In this document: piece by piece, positions 1 to 8,167 of the stretch
How positions within the stretch are numbered: the first letter of the stretch is position 1
How the letters are laid out: every line of letters begins with the position of its first letter
From: a virus
Lineage: Duplodnaviria > Caudoviricetes
IMG/VR virus record: IMGVR_UViG_3300027305_000016
Location: 1-25,648 of that record
Length of the DNA stretch: 25,648 nucleotides
Strand: one strand, 5' to 3'
Translations under genes and position numbers: made by a program
The notes under the pieces: generated by a model
Seen by the model: only the letters and a program-made list of their open reading frames with translations
The model's database searches: none
What the model was told of the DNA's origin: nothing

Positions 1-2
1 TA

Positions 3-770
3 TACGGACATTTAAGTACTATCCAGGTGAACGCTAGTGGTAAAGTACTCACAAATAAAACACCCGTTAGGGCTGGAGAACAAATTGGTTTGAGTGGTGA
101 TACTGATGCCCCAGGCCAACCACACTTACACTATGAAGTTAGGCAAGGTTTAGCGGATGATTATAATAGTTTTGTTGGTTTACAACCACTGGACCCTAAA
201 CTTTGGATAGACCAAGCTAGTGGTAGTGGTGATAAAGCAGCGTTAGTGGGTACTGATAGTGATTTTTGGAAATTAGTAACAATATGTGCTTGTGAAAATT
301 ATATAGACCAACCACAAGGTATGGCTGATGTTGCCCAATCAATTTATAATAGGTTAAACTTACAAGGTGGGTACGGGAAAACGATAAGTGAGATTATTAT
401 GAAGGAAGGCCAGTATGCACCAACATTTAAAACTAAATCACTTTGGAACGCTATCAAAGATAAACAAACCGCAATAACAGCGTATATGGCAACTAAAAGT
501 GTTGATAATGAAACGGCTGTACTTAGAATTAATACCGCACTAAATGCGATAACAAATAAAACGCTAATGGCTAATGCAGCAACATTTGTTGGTTCTAGAA
601 CAGAATTTTTAGCCGCACCACCAACGTCAGTTGGTGTTGGTGTTGTTGAAAGGGAACCAAAGGGTAAAAACAATGCTTTTTTCTGGGCATACAGCGGACA
701 AACAAAATATTATGACACTGGTAATCTAGCAGCAACAAAAATACCTGATAAGATAAGTAACCACGCATAA
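3..770 (+). CDS. 5'-truncated peptidoglycan hydrolase: C-terminal part of an M23 metallopeptidase plus a SleB/Hydrolase_2-like domain (probable virion-associated lysin)
   Basis: The frame is open from base 3 (YGHLSTIQV...), so the GTG at 27 is internal. M23 motifs are YGHL, VRAGEQIGLSGDT and PHLHYEVR. These are followed by SleB-like LVTICACEN...MADVAQSIYNR...ISEIIMKEGQY. Confidence 0.8.
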   Translation, partial: YGHLSTIQVNASGKVLTNKTPVRAGEQIGLSGDTDAPGQPHLHYEVRQGLADDYNSFVGLQPLDPKLWIDQASGSGDKAALVGTDSDFWKLVTICACENYIDQPQGMADVAQSIYNRLNLQGGYGKTISEIIMKEGQYAPTFKTKSLWNAIKDKQTAITAYMATKSVDNETAVLRINTALNAITNKTLMANAATFVGSRTEFLAAPPTSVGVGVVEREPKGKNNAFFWAYSGQTKYYDTGNLAATKIPDKISNHA

Positions 771-787
771 CTTTTCTATTTTATCAG

Positions 788-804
788 ATATTTATTAATA
801 AATA
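788..804 (+). promoter_or_regulatory. ATATTTATT motif within a perfect 16-bp palindrome (TATTTATTAATAAATA, 789-804); candidate phage promoter
   Basis: Intergenic, just upstream of the ATG at 812. The same 9-mer lies upstream of nrdB (7154) and gp25 (10662). Confidence 0.45.
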
Positions 805-811
805 AACAAGT

Positions 812-1039
812 ATGAATACTTTTAGCAATAAATTAGATCAATTTTTAGGTAAAAAAATTGAACAAGCTCAAATAGGTGAAGAAGTTTGTGACCTTAACAC
901 TGGAATTTGTTATATTAAAACAAAAGATGGTTTAATAGAAAAAACTCTAATTGAGAAAAAATTAGTAATGGAAGATGGTAGAGAGTTGTTGAGAGAAGAG
1001 ACACCAATAAGCCACAGTAATAAAACATTTTTAAGATGA
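812..1039 (+). CDS. Hypothetical phage protein, 75 aa, with a CDLxTGxC motif
   Basis: ORF fills the gap, has an A-rich leader, and overlaps the next gene by ATGA. Confidence 0.75.
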   Translation: MNTFSNKLDQFLGKKIEQAQIGEEVCDLNTGICYIKTKDGLIEKTLIEKKLVMEDGRELLREETPISHSNKTFLR

Positions 1040-1719
1040 GTAAGAAATTAGACACATTGTTATCTGAAGAAATCAAAAGATTTAACAGCATAATGAAATA
1101 CCAAGAAAAGGTAAATGAGGGTATGCATTATAAGTTTTATGAAGCTGAGGAAGAACCAATCGCTGACGAACCAGCAATTGAGGAACCAGTTGAGGACCCT
1201 AATATGGATGCACCAGTTGACGCTAACGTTGATACAACGGCACCTGAAGAAACTGTTCCTGAAGATTTACCTGGTGATGAAACAGCTATTGATGGTTTGG
1301 ATACACAAGCTGAAGATGGAGACATTGAGGTTGATGTTACTGACTTGGTCAATTCAACAAAGGAAATGGCCGCTAAATCGGAAGATATTATACAAAAAAT
1401 AGCCAACTCAAACCAAAAAATTGAAGATATAATTAATAAAGTTGGTCGTGTTGAACAAAATTTAGAAAAAATGGAAGCCTTAGTTCAAAAAATGGATGCC
1501 ATGGCAAAACAAGTTGAATTAATGAGACCACCAACAGAAGAAGAAAGAAGAAAAGCTTTGGCTAAAGATTCTTACCCATTCAATGTAACACAGGATGAAT
1601 ATTTGTCTGGATCTAGCGTTAAAACACAAACTGACCTAGAAACTAGACCAGATAAATTATCTATGATGGATAGCTTAATGGCAAATTATAACGAAATGGA
1701 TATTAGAAATAGCTTTTAA
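1036..1719 (+). CDS. Hypothetical acidic coiled-coil protein (possible prohead core/internal head protein)
   Basis: 227 aa. It has an N-terminal LLSEEIKRF helix, an E/D/P-rich disordered tract, a heptad-like segment (IIQKIANSNQKIEDIINKVGRVEQNLEKMEALVQKMD) and a C-terminal DSYPFN. Function is inference. Confidence 0.8.
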   Translation: MSKKLDTLLSEEIKRFNSIMKYQEKVNEGMHYKFYEAEEEPIADEPAIEEPVEDPNMDAPVDANVDTTAPEETVPEDLPGDETAIDGLDTQAEDGDIEVDVTDLVNSTKEMAAKSEDIIQKIANSNQKIEDIINKVGRVEQNLEKMEALVQKMDAMAKQVELMRPPTEEERRKALAKDSYPFNVTQDEYLSGSSVKTQTDLETRPDKLSMMDSLMANYNEMDIRNSF

Positions 1720-1730
1720 TTAAAAAAATT

Positions 1731-2036
1731 ATGAACTCAAGACAACAAATTTTAATAACACAGAAATTAACAGTCGGTGACCCAGCAATAGGTTTTGTTG
1801 AGACACCAGAATATACAATTGAATATTATGGTTTTATCGGTTTAGGTAACACAAACGATACGGTCATTGTAACATTAAATGGTGTTGAAGACGTACCATT
1901 ATCAATGATGGGTATGATTGAATGCCCTATTGAATCGCTAGAAGTTACATCGATAAACAAGAGTGAAAGTGAGCCTGCACCCACATATGTTGGGCTTTTA
2001 GTGTTCGGAATTAAGAAATTCAAAACCCTGTTTTAA
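1731..2036 (+). CDS. Hypothetical beta-rich protein, 101 aa
   Basis: Co-oriented ORF 11 nt after the previous stop, with an A-rich leader (taaaaaaattATG). Confidence 0.7.
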   Translation: MNSRQQILITQKLTVGDPAIGFVETPEYTIEYYGFIGLGNTNDTVIVTLNGVEDVPLSMMGMIECPIESLEVTSINKSESEPAPTYVGLLVFGIKKFKTLF

Positions 2037-2058
2037 AAAAATATTTTAGGTCGGGGTA

Positions 2059-2088
2059 TTGACTTTTCCGATTTTGTTCCTATCTTTG
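2059..2088 (+). promoter_or_regulatory. Bacteroidota primary-sigma promoter (-33 TTG, -7 TATCTTTG)
   Basis: TTG at 2059-2061, a 19-nt spacer and TATCTTTG at 2081-2088 match the known TTG-N19-TAnnTTTG consensus. It is intergenic, 23 nt upstream of the ssb ATG. Confidence 0.75.
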
Positions 2089-2111
2089 TATCAACTAAAA
2101 AATAATTTATT

Positions 2112-3083
2112 ATGATTGATTACAAAAAAGTTGATTGGAGCAAGGCCGCAAATGACACACTGGCCGATTACGAGAAAGCAAAGTCAAAATCAACACAGAC
2201 TACCCAATCTAGTTCTGTTGACTTAACAAAGTATTTTACAATTGCACTTGATGAGGGTGCAGCAAGTGGTGAGAAATCCGTTAGGATTCTACCAAATCAG
2301 GATGATCCAACCAAATGGTACAAAGTTGGTTTCTTCCACAATCTTAAAATTGGTAAGAGATATACCAAACTCTACGATCCAGCTCAAGACAACGAGCCGT
2401 CACCACTTAACGACATGTACAAGTTCTTAATGAACACGGGTGACAAAGAGGATAAGAGATTAGCCGTAAATTATAAATCTAGACAATTCTTTATTGTTCG
2501 TGTTATCGAACGTGGTAAAGAACACGAAGGTGTTAAATTCTGGAGATTCCCAGCTGTACAAGATGGTTCTGGAATCATGGACAAAATTGCACCGCTAGTT
2601 AAAAAATATGGTGCGTTCTGGAATCCTTACGAAGGATTTGACCTCACAATTTCAATGATTCGTGATAAATCAAAAGACTCTAAAGTTGGTTACACAAAAG
2701 TCGCATCTATCATCCCTGATAGAGAATCAAAATTGAGCGATGATGAAAACCAAATGGTTGAATGGTTGAGCGAACCAATGGCCTGGACTGATGTATTCAA
2801 GAAAAAACCATTGGAGTATTTGAGAATTGTATCTGAAGGTAATGAACCAATGTGGGATGCTGAACAAAAATGTTTTATCGCTAAGATCGAAGATGGTGTT
2901 GCAACCTATACGGGTACACCAACACCTAAGAGCTCTTATGATGCACCTACATCAGCCGCTATGTCTGAAGACGATGCGGAAGATATGTCATCTATGACAG
3001 CACAATCTTCTGAAGAAAAAGAAGAAGAAACAGTAACTGAAGCACCAGGTGGTAAATTAAAAATTGACGATTTGCCGTTCTAA
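2112..3083 (+). CDS. ssb: T4 gp32-like single-stranded DNA-binding protein
   Basis: gp32-type core motifs (VRILP, FFH, VRVIERG...GVKFWRF, EGFDLTI) and an acidic C-terminal tail ending DDLPF. It sits directly before the recombinase. Confidence 0.8.
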   Translation: MIDYKKVDWSKAANDTLADYEKAKSKSTQTTQSSSVDLTKYFTIALDEGAASGEKSVRILPNQDDPTKWYKVGFFHNLKIGKRYTKLYDPAQDNEPSPLNDMYKFLMNTGDKEDKRLAVNYKSRQFFIVRVIERGKEHEGVKFWRFPAVQDGSGIMDKIAPLVKKYGAFWNPYEGFDLTISMIRDKSKDSKVGYTKVASIIPDRESKLSDDENQMVEWLSEPMAWTDVFKKKPLEYLRIVSEGNEPMWDAEQKCFIAKIEDGVATYTGTPTPKSSYDAPTSAAMSEDDAEDMSSMTAQSSEEKEEETVTEAPGGKLKIDDLPF

Positions 3084-3096
3084 ATTAAACTAATAT

Positions 3097-3148
3097 GCTT
3101 GGACATTAACTAGGATATTTCGTCCTAGTGTGTCCAAGCTTTTTTTTT
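3097..3148 (+). terminator. Long intrinsic terminator-like hairpin with a U9 tail
   Basis: GCTTGGACAT-TA-ACTAGGAT [ATTTC] GTCCTAGT-GTGTCCAAGC forms 18 bp (2 G-U) with a 2-nt bulge, followed by 9 T (3140-3148). Confidence 0.8.
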
Positions 3149-3173
3149 ACACAACAAATTAATATAAAAATAT

Positions 3174-4190
3174 ATGGCTATTAAGAAAAAAGAGTTCTCT
3201 TTTGAGGATTTAAAGAAAAAAATGAGTACCACAACTAAGTACAAAGCAGACATGTTTTTGAATTGTGGTGAAGCTTTCTTAGAAGCTTCGGGTGTACCTG
3301 GACCTTGTATGGGTCACATTAACATGCTTTTGGGTCACACAAACACTGGTAAGACTAGTGCTTTGATCGCAGCATCTGTTGATGCTCAGAGAAAAGGAAT
3401 CCTACCTGTTTATTTGGTTACTGAAAAGAAATGGAGTTTTGAACATTGTCAATTGATGGGGTTAGAATGCGAAAAAAACCAAGAAACTGGTGAATGGGAT
3501 GGTTTTTTCCTATACCGTGATGACTTTAACTACATTGAACAAGTAACTGATTACATTAATGAAGTTTTAGATATGCAAAATAAAGGTGATTTACCTTATG
3601 ATGTTTGTTTCTTCTGGGATTCAGTTGGATCAGTACCATGTAAAATGACCTGGGAAGGTAAAGGCGGTAAACAACACACTGCTGGTGTTTTAGCTGAAAA
3701 GATTAACATGGGTATTAACCAAAGAATTAACAACAGTCGCAAAGAAACATCACCGTATTTAAATGGTTTGGTTGTTTGTAACTTACCATGGGTTAGATTA
3801 CCAGATTCACCAATGGGTCAACCTAAGATGAAACCAAAAGGTGGTGAGGCAATTTATCAAGCCGCAACATTAGTGTTCAGATTTGGTAATGAGGCTGATG
3901 GTGGTATCAATAAGATTGATGCGACTTCTAAAGGTAGAAAAATTAATTTTGCTACTAGAACAAAAGTAACAGTAGATAAAAACCACATCAATGGTTTGGG
4001 TTACGCTGATTCAAAACTAATTGTTACACCACACGGATTTATCACGGATGATAAACGTGACAATAAAGCCGCTTTGGATGCTTATAAAAAACAAACGTTT
4101 GAATATTGGGCAACTAAATTGGAAGACGCTAACTTTGAGTTGGAGGAATATGAAGTAAATCAGAAAGTCTCTTACTCAGATGAAGATTAA
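3174..4190 (+). CDS. uvsX: UvsX/RecA-like recombinase
   Basis: Walker A GHTNTGKT (3333-3356), YLVTEKK (catalytic Glu position), Walker B FFWDSVG, KPKGGEAI, and a KNH C-terminal strand. Flanked by ssb and the exonuclease. Confidence 0.85.
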   Translation: MAIKKKEFSFEDLKKKMSTTTKYKADMFLNCGEAFLEASGVPGPCMGHINMLLGHTNTGKTSALIAASVDAQRKGILPVYLVTEKKWSFEHCQLMGLECEKNQETGEWDGFFLYRDDFNYIEQVTDYINEVLDMQNKGDLPYDVCFFWDSVGSVPCKMTWEGKGGKQHTAGVLAEKINMGINQRINNSRKETSPYLNGLVVCNLPWVRLPDSPMGQPKMKPKGGEAIYQAATLVFRFGNEADGGINKIDATSKGRKINFATRTKVTVDKNHINGLGYADSKLIVTPHGFITDDKRDNKAALDAYKKQTFEYWATKLEDANFELEEYEVNQKVSYSDED

Positions 4191-5229
4191 CAAACCAGTT
4201 AGGCATAAGCCAAGGACTATACAAAATACTCTACTAATAGATGGGGAGTATTTATTAAAACAGGGATTTCATGGTACCAAACAGCTTCAAGGAAAAGAAG
4301 GTAGCGTTGGTACCATTTTCCACTTCATCAACACGATTAAAAGATTCTATCAGGATTATGCGATAACCAAAGTTGTTGTTTTTTGGGAAGGCGAAAATTC
4401 AAAACAATTCAGACAAGGTTATTACCCTTATTATAAAGCAAATAGAAATAATAAGTTTACGGCTGAAGAGGTCTTTGATTTAGACCGACAAAGAATCAGA
4501 ATAAAACAGTATCTTGAAGAACTTTTTATAAGACAAGTTGAAATACCAGGATGTGAGGCCGATGACGGGATTGCTTATTATGTTGTTAATTCACCAAATG
4601 AAAATAAGATAATCTACACCAATGACCGAGATCTTTTGCAGTTATTAGATGAAGACACTAAAGTTTGTCTAACAATTAATAAGGCTAAAGTAATGGTTTC
4701 ATTAAATAATTTTGAAACATATTTTGATTATCACTATAAAAATGTTGGTATCATAAAAATGATTGCTGGCGATAGTAGTGATAACATATCAGGTTTACAA
4801 AATATTGGTGAACAAAAAGTGCTTAAATACTTTCCAGAAATTAAGAAACAACCAGTAGATCATGAATGGGTGTTAAACAGAACAAAAGAACTTTTAATTG
4901 AAAAACCAGATGATAAGGTGCTAAACACAATCATTAACGGTGAAACAAAATGGGGTACATACGGTAATGATTATTTTTCTGTTATGAATAAAATCATAAA
5001 CCTTAAACAACCATATATAACCGAACAATTAGAAGAAACTGTATATGACATGGTTAATGAAACATTATCACCCGAAGGTCGTGGAGGTATTTCAAAAGTA
5101 ATGGAGATGATGAAAGAAGATGAGCTATTAAATTTTTTACCAAAAAATGATGACGGGTTCTTTGTTTTTTGGTCATCGTTTATTACTATTATAAAAAAAG
5201 AAACAAATGCATACACAAAAACAAAATAA
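4180..5229 (+). CDS. 5'-3' exonuclease / flap endonuclease (T4 RNase H, Pol I N-terminal-like)
   Basis: Motifs LLIDG, YKANR, EADD, TNDRDLLQL and the H3TH GDSSDNISGLQNIGEQK. Confidence 0.9.
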   Translation: MKINKPVRHKPRTIQNTLLIDGEYLLKQGFHGTKQLQGKEGSVGTIFHFINTIKRFYQDYAITKVVVFWEGENSKQFRQGYYPYYKANRNNKFTAEEVFDLDRQRIRIKQYLEELFIRQVEIPGCEADDGIAYYVVNSPNENKIIYTNDRDLLQLLDEDTKVCLTINKAKVMVSLNNFETYFDYHYKNVGIIKMIAGDSSDNISGLQNIGEQKVLKYFPEIKKQPVDHEWVLNRTKELLIEKPDDKVLNTIINGETKWGTYGNDYFSVMNKIINLKQPYITEQLEETVYDMVNETLSPEGRGGISKVMEMMKEDELLNFLPKNDDGFFVFWSSFITIIKKETNAYTKTK

Positions 5230-5230
5230 C

Positions 5231-5686
5231 ATGGAAGAAAAAAGAGAACAGAGAAAATTTGAGTTCACGCTCTACTTGAATGATAACATCATCGTTCAAA
5301 GATTTTTTAACATCATTGGGTTCAACTATAAAGCGGTTAACTCATTAAACTTTAAATACGCAGTAGATGATAATATGCGTTTGATTCAAAGTGTCCTAAA
5401 AGATAGAACCCTCGATTTTATTACAGACCACAAGAGAAATTTCTTGGAGACATCGGATTACGAACAAAATGATTCACAAGATGTGATGAAAATTGTTATT
5501 AAGCACGATGGTAAAGTTATTGCTTATAGAGAGTGGGATGCGACAATCTACCCAGTTAAGGTTAGATACACCGTTGATATCCGCCAACACATCTATGATT
5601 TGATTACTAGAGTTCAAAAATGTTTGTGTACACCAACTAAAGAGTTGGAAACTAAATATTTAGATTATAGTTTGGTTGTTCAATAA
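5231..5686 (+). CDS. Hypothetical protein between the exonuclease and the helicase (151 aa)
   Basis: ATG at 5231 lies 1 nt after the exonuclease stop (TAAcATG) and is preferred over the track start at 5207. The sequence looks globular alpha/beta. Confidence 0.8.
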   Translation: MEEKREQRKFEFTLYLNDNIIVQRFFNIIGFNYKAVNSLNFKYAVDDNMRLIQSVLKDRTLDFITDHKRNFLETSDYEQNDSQDVMKIVIKHDGKVIAYREWDATIYPVKVRYTVDIRQHIYDLITRVQKCLCTPTKELETKYLDYSLVVQ

Positions 5687-5702
5687 TAAATTTTTAAAAT
5701 AA

Positions 5703-7133
5703 ATGGGTAATATAAATAGTTTTGAAGACTTAGGTAAAGATTTTCAGTTACAATTATTAAATGAGATAATTACAGATAACAAATTCGCTCAATCAATTAT
5801 AGACATTATTGAGCCTAAATTTTTTGGGTCCGAGGCCTTTGTTAAGATAATGAAAGTAATAAAGCATTATTACAAAGACCATGAGGTTGTGATTAATAAT
5901 TTTCCGTCTTTAATAACTGAGATTAATAATGATATTGGCGCTCAAGAGGTAGCGTTAAGAGCCCAATTACACGACACGATCAAATTAATCGAGGATTGTA
6001 AGATTGGTAATCTAAATATACAAAGAAATGCACAAAAGTTTTGTAAATTACAGTCAATCCGTGGTGCTGTAAATGAGATCAAAACAAAATTAGATAGGGG
6101 TATTATCGCTGACTACGATGAAATCGAAAAAAAGATAAAAGATGCCATCACATTTAAAGAGGAACAAGACCCAATCACACTATTTGATAACATGGACAAT
6201 GTTTTGTCCGAAGATTATCGAGACCCAATCCCAACAGATATTAAGGGTATCGATAAAGTCACTAAAGGTGGTTTAGCCAGAGGTGAGGTCGGTCTTGTCA
6301 TCGCACCCCTAGGTGTGGGTAAAACAACATTCTTAACCAAAGTGGCTAGTGCTGCGTTTCTTAAAGGTAAGACAGTTTTACAAATTTTCTTCGAAGATAA
6401 AGAAGAGGCGATACAGAGAAAACACTTCTCCGCATTAACAAGTATACCGTTAAGTGAATTAGCTGAAAATAGAGATGTAGTACTTAGAAGGGTCCAAGGA
6501 ATAAAGGATGAACATAAGAACGACTTATTCCTACAGAAATTACCAGCAGATGGTGTCACAATTCACAAGATAAAAAACATTATCAAGAAAATAAACTCAA
6601 AGGGTCAAAAAGTTGATGTGTTGGTGCTAGACTATATAGACTGTATTTCGATGGAAAAAGAATATGGTAATAGTGAAGAGTGGTCGAATGAAGGTAAAAT
6701 CATGAGAGCGTTTGAAACGCTTGTTGATGAGATGAATGTGGTTGGTTGGACAGCAACTCAGGGTAATAGAAGTTCAACGAGTGTTGAGGTGGTTAAAACC
6801 GAAAATATGGGTGGTAACCTAAAGAAAGCACAAATTGCTCACTTTATTATGAGTATTGGTAAAACATTGGAACAAAAGGATCAAAAAGTTGCCACAATAT
6901 CTATCCTTAAAAACCGTATGGGTGATGATGGTGTGATATTTAAAGATTGTGTTTTCGATAATTCCAGAATACATATTGACACTGATGATGTCTTAACCGA
7001 GAAGGGTTTTGAATCACAAAAACAAATCAGTAAAATGGAGTTAAGAAAAAAACACATGGAAGAATTATATGGTAAACCAGAATCTGAAACAGAAAATGAA
7101 AATAATATTGTTGGAATTAGTGATGGATTGTAA
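5703..7133 (+). CDS. dnaB: Replicative DNA helicase, DnaB/T4 gp41 family
   Basis: IPTDIKGIDKVTKGGLARGE, Walker A APLGVGKT, FFE, Walker B LVLDYID, TATQGNR and LKNRMG (Arg finger). Confidence 0.93.
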   Translation: MGNINSFEDLGKDFQLQLLNEIITDNKFAQSIIDIIEPKFFGSEAFVKIMKVIKHYYKDHEVVINNFPSLITEINNDIGAQEVALRAQLHDTIKLIEDCKIGNLNIQRNAQKFCKLQSIRGAVNEIKTKLDRGIIADYDEIEKKIKDAITFKEEQDPITLFDNMDNVLSEDYRDPIPTDIKGIDKVTKGGLARGEVGLVIAPLGVGKTTFLTKVASAAFLKGKTVLQIFFEDKEEAIQRKHFSALTSIPLSELAENRDVVLRRVQGIKDEHKNDLFLQKLPADGVTIHKIKNIIKKINSKGQKVDVLVLDYIDCISMEKEYGNSEEWSNEGKIMRAFETLVDEMNVVGWTATQGNRSSTSVEVVKTENMGGNLKKAQIAHFIMSIGKTLEQKDQKVATISILKNRMGDDGVIFKDCVFDNSRIHIDTDDVLTEKGFESQKQISKMELRKKHMEELYGKPESETENENNIVGISDGL

Positions 7134-7142
7134 TAATTATAC

Positions 7143-7164
7143 TACCTTTGGACATATTTATTTA
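7143..7164 (+). promoter_or_regulatory. Candidate promoter elements upstream of nrdB: TACCTTTG (-7-like box) and ATATTTATTTA
   Basis: TAnnTTTG at 7143-7150 has no TTG at canonical spacing. ATATTTATTTA at 7154-7164 is identical to 10662-10672. Confidence 0.4.
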
Positions 7165-7184
7165 AACAATAAAAATTTAAGACT

Positions 7185-8135
7185 ATGCAAGAATTAATAT
7201 TACAAGAAAATCCGAACAGATTCGTTATTTTCCCAATTGAGCACAATGACATATGGGAGTTCTATAAACAACACCAGGCAGCGTTTTGGACCGCTGAAGA
7301 AGTTGATTTATCGGGTGACATCAGAGATTGGCAAAACTTAACCGATAATGAAAGATATTTTATCAAAAACATTTTATCTTTCTTTGCATCATCTGATGGT
7401 ATTGTAAATGAAAATCTTGCTGAAAATTTCGTTAAAGAGGTTCAGTATCCAGAAGCTAAGTTTTTCTATGGATTTCAAATCGCTATGGAAAACATACATA
7501 GCCTAATGTATTCCCTTTTGATTGATACATACATCACAAATCCACAGGAAAAATTAGAAAGCTTTAGAGCTTTAGAACACCTACCAGCTGTTCAGAAAAA
7601 AGCTAAGTGGGCTTTAGATTGGATTCACGATACTCCTTTTCAAGAAAGATTGGTAGCATTTGCAGCTGTTGAAGGTATATTCTTTTCAGGATCCTTCTGT
7701 TCAATTTTCTGGCTTAAATCAAGAGGTTTGATGCAAGGCCTATGTAACGCAAATGCTTTAATTTTTAAAGATGAGAACTTACACGCTGATTTTGCGATTC
7801 ACTTATTGAATAATCACGTGGTTAATAAACCATCTAACGAAAAAATTAGAGAAATTTTATTGTCAGCTTTAGAGATTGAAAAAGAATTTATCACCGAATC
7901 ATTACCAGTTTCTTTGATCGGTATGAACTCTAATCTAATGAAACAATATTTGGAGTTTGTTACCGATGGGTTATTAGTTAAATTTGGGTGTAGAAAAGAA
8001 TTTAACGTTGAACAACCTTTTAAGTTCATGGAACAAATTGCCGTAGAGACAAAGGGTAACTTCTTTGAATCTAGAACAGTTGAATATCAGAAAGCTAAGC
8101 TAAACGAAAAAGTTAGCTTTACCGATGACTTCTAA
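7185..8135 (+). CDS. nrdB: Ribonucleotide reductase class Ia beta subunit (eukaryote-like NrdBe type)
   Basis: [30 protein letters not shown] (ExxH plus radical Tyr), [15 protein letters not shown], and a C-terminal FTDDF. Confidence 0.97.
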   Translation: MQELILQENPNRFVIFPIEHNDIWEFYKQHQAAFWTAEEVDLSGDIRDWQNLTDNERYFIKNILSFFASSDGIVNENLAENFVKEVQYPEAKFFYGFQIAMENIHSLMYSLLIDTYITNPQEKLESFRALEHLPAVQKKAKWALDWIHDTPFQERLVAFAAVEGIFFSGSFCSIFWLKSRGLMQGLCNANALIFKDENLHADFAIHLLNNHVVNKPSNEKIREILLSALEIEKEFITESLPVSLIGMNSNLMKQYLEFVTDGLLVKFGCRKEFNVEQPFKFMEQIAVETKGNFFESRTVEYQKAKLNEKVSFTDDF

Positions 8136-8167
8136 AATTAAGTTTAAAATTTATAATATAAAATAAA

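Noticed and set aside
3084-3173. tRNA or CRISPR repeat in the structured intergenic region
   Set aside because: It is a single hairpin with no cloverleaf and no repeat-spacer periodicity.
5207-5230. Track start at 5207 for the hypothetical gene
   Set aside because: It overlaps the exonuclease by 23 nt. The ATG at 5231 right after the stop fits the coupling pattern seen elsewhere.
7185-8135. Class Ic/Id/Ie (non-standard metal) RNR beta subunit
   Set aside because: The first ligand is Asp (SDG), all carboxylate/His ligands are present and the radical Tyr is retained, which indicates ordinary class Ia.
8136-8167. T4 late promoter or sigma70 -10 box between nrdB and nrdA
   Set aside because: The sequence has TATAAT/TATAAAAT rather than TATAAATA, in an almost pure A/T spacer, so it is not distinguishable from background.
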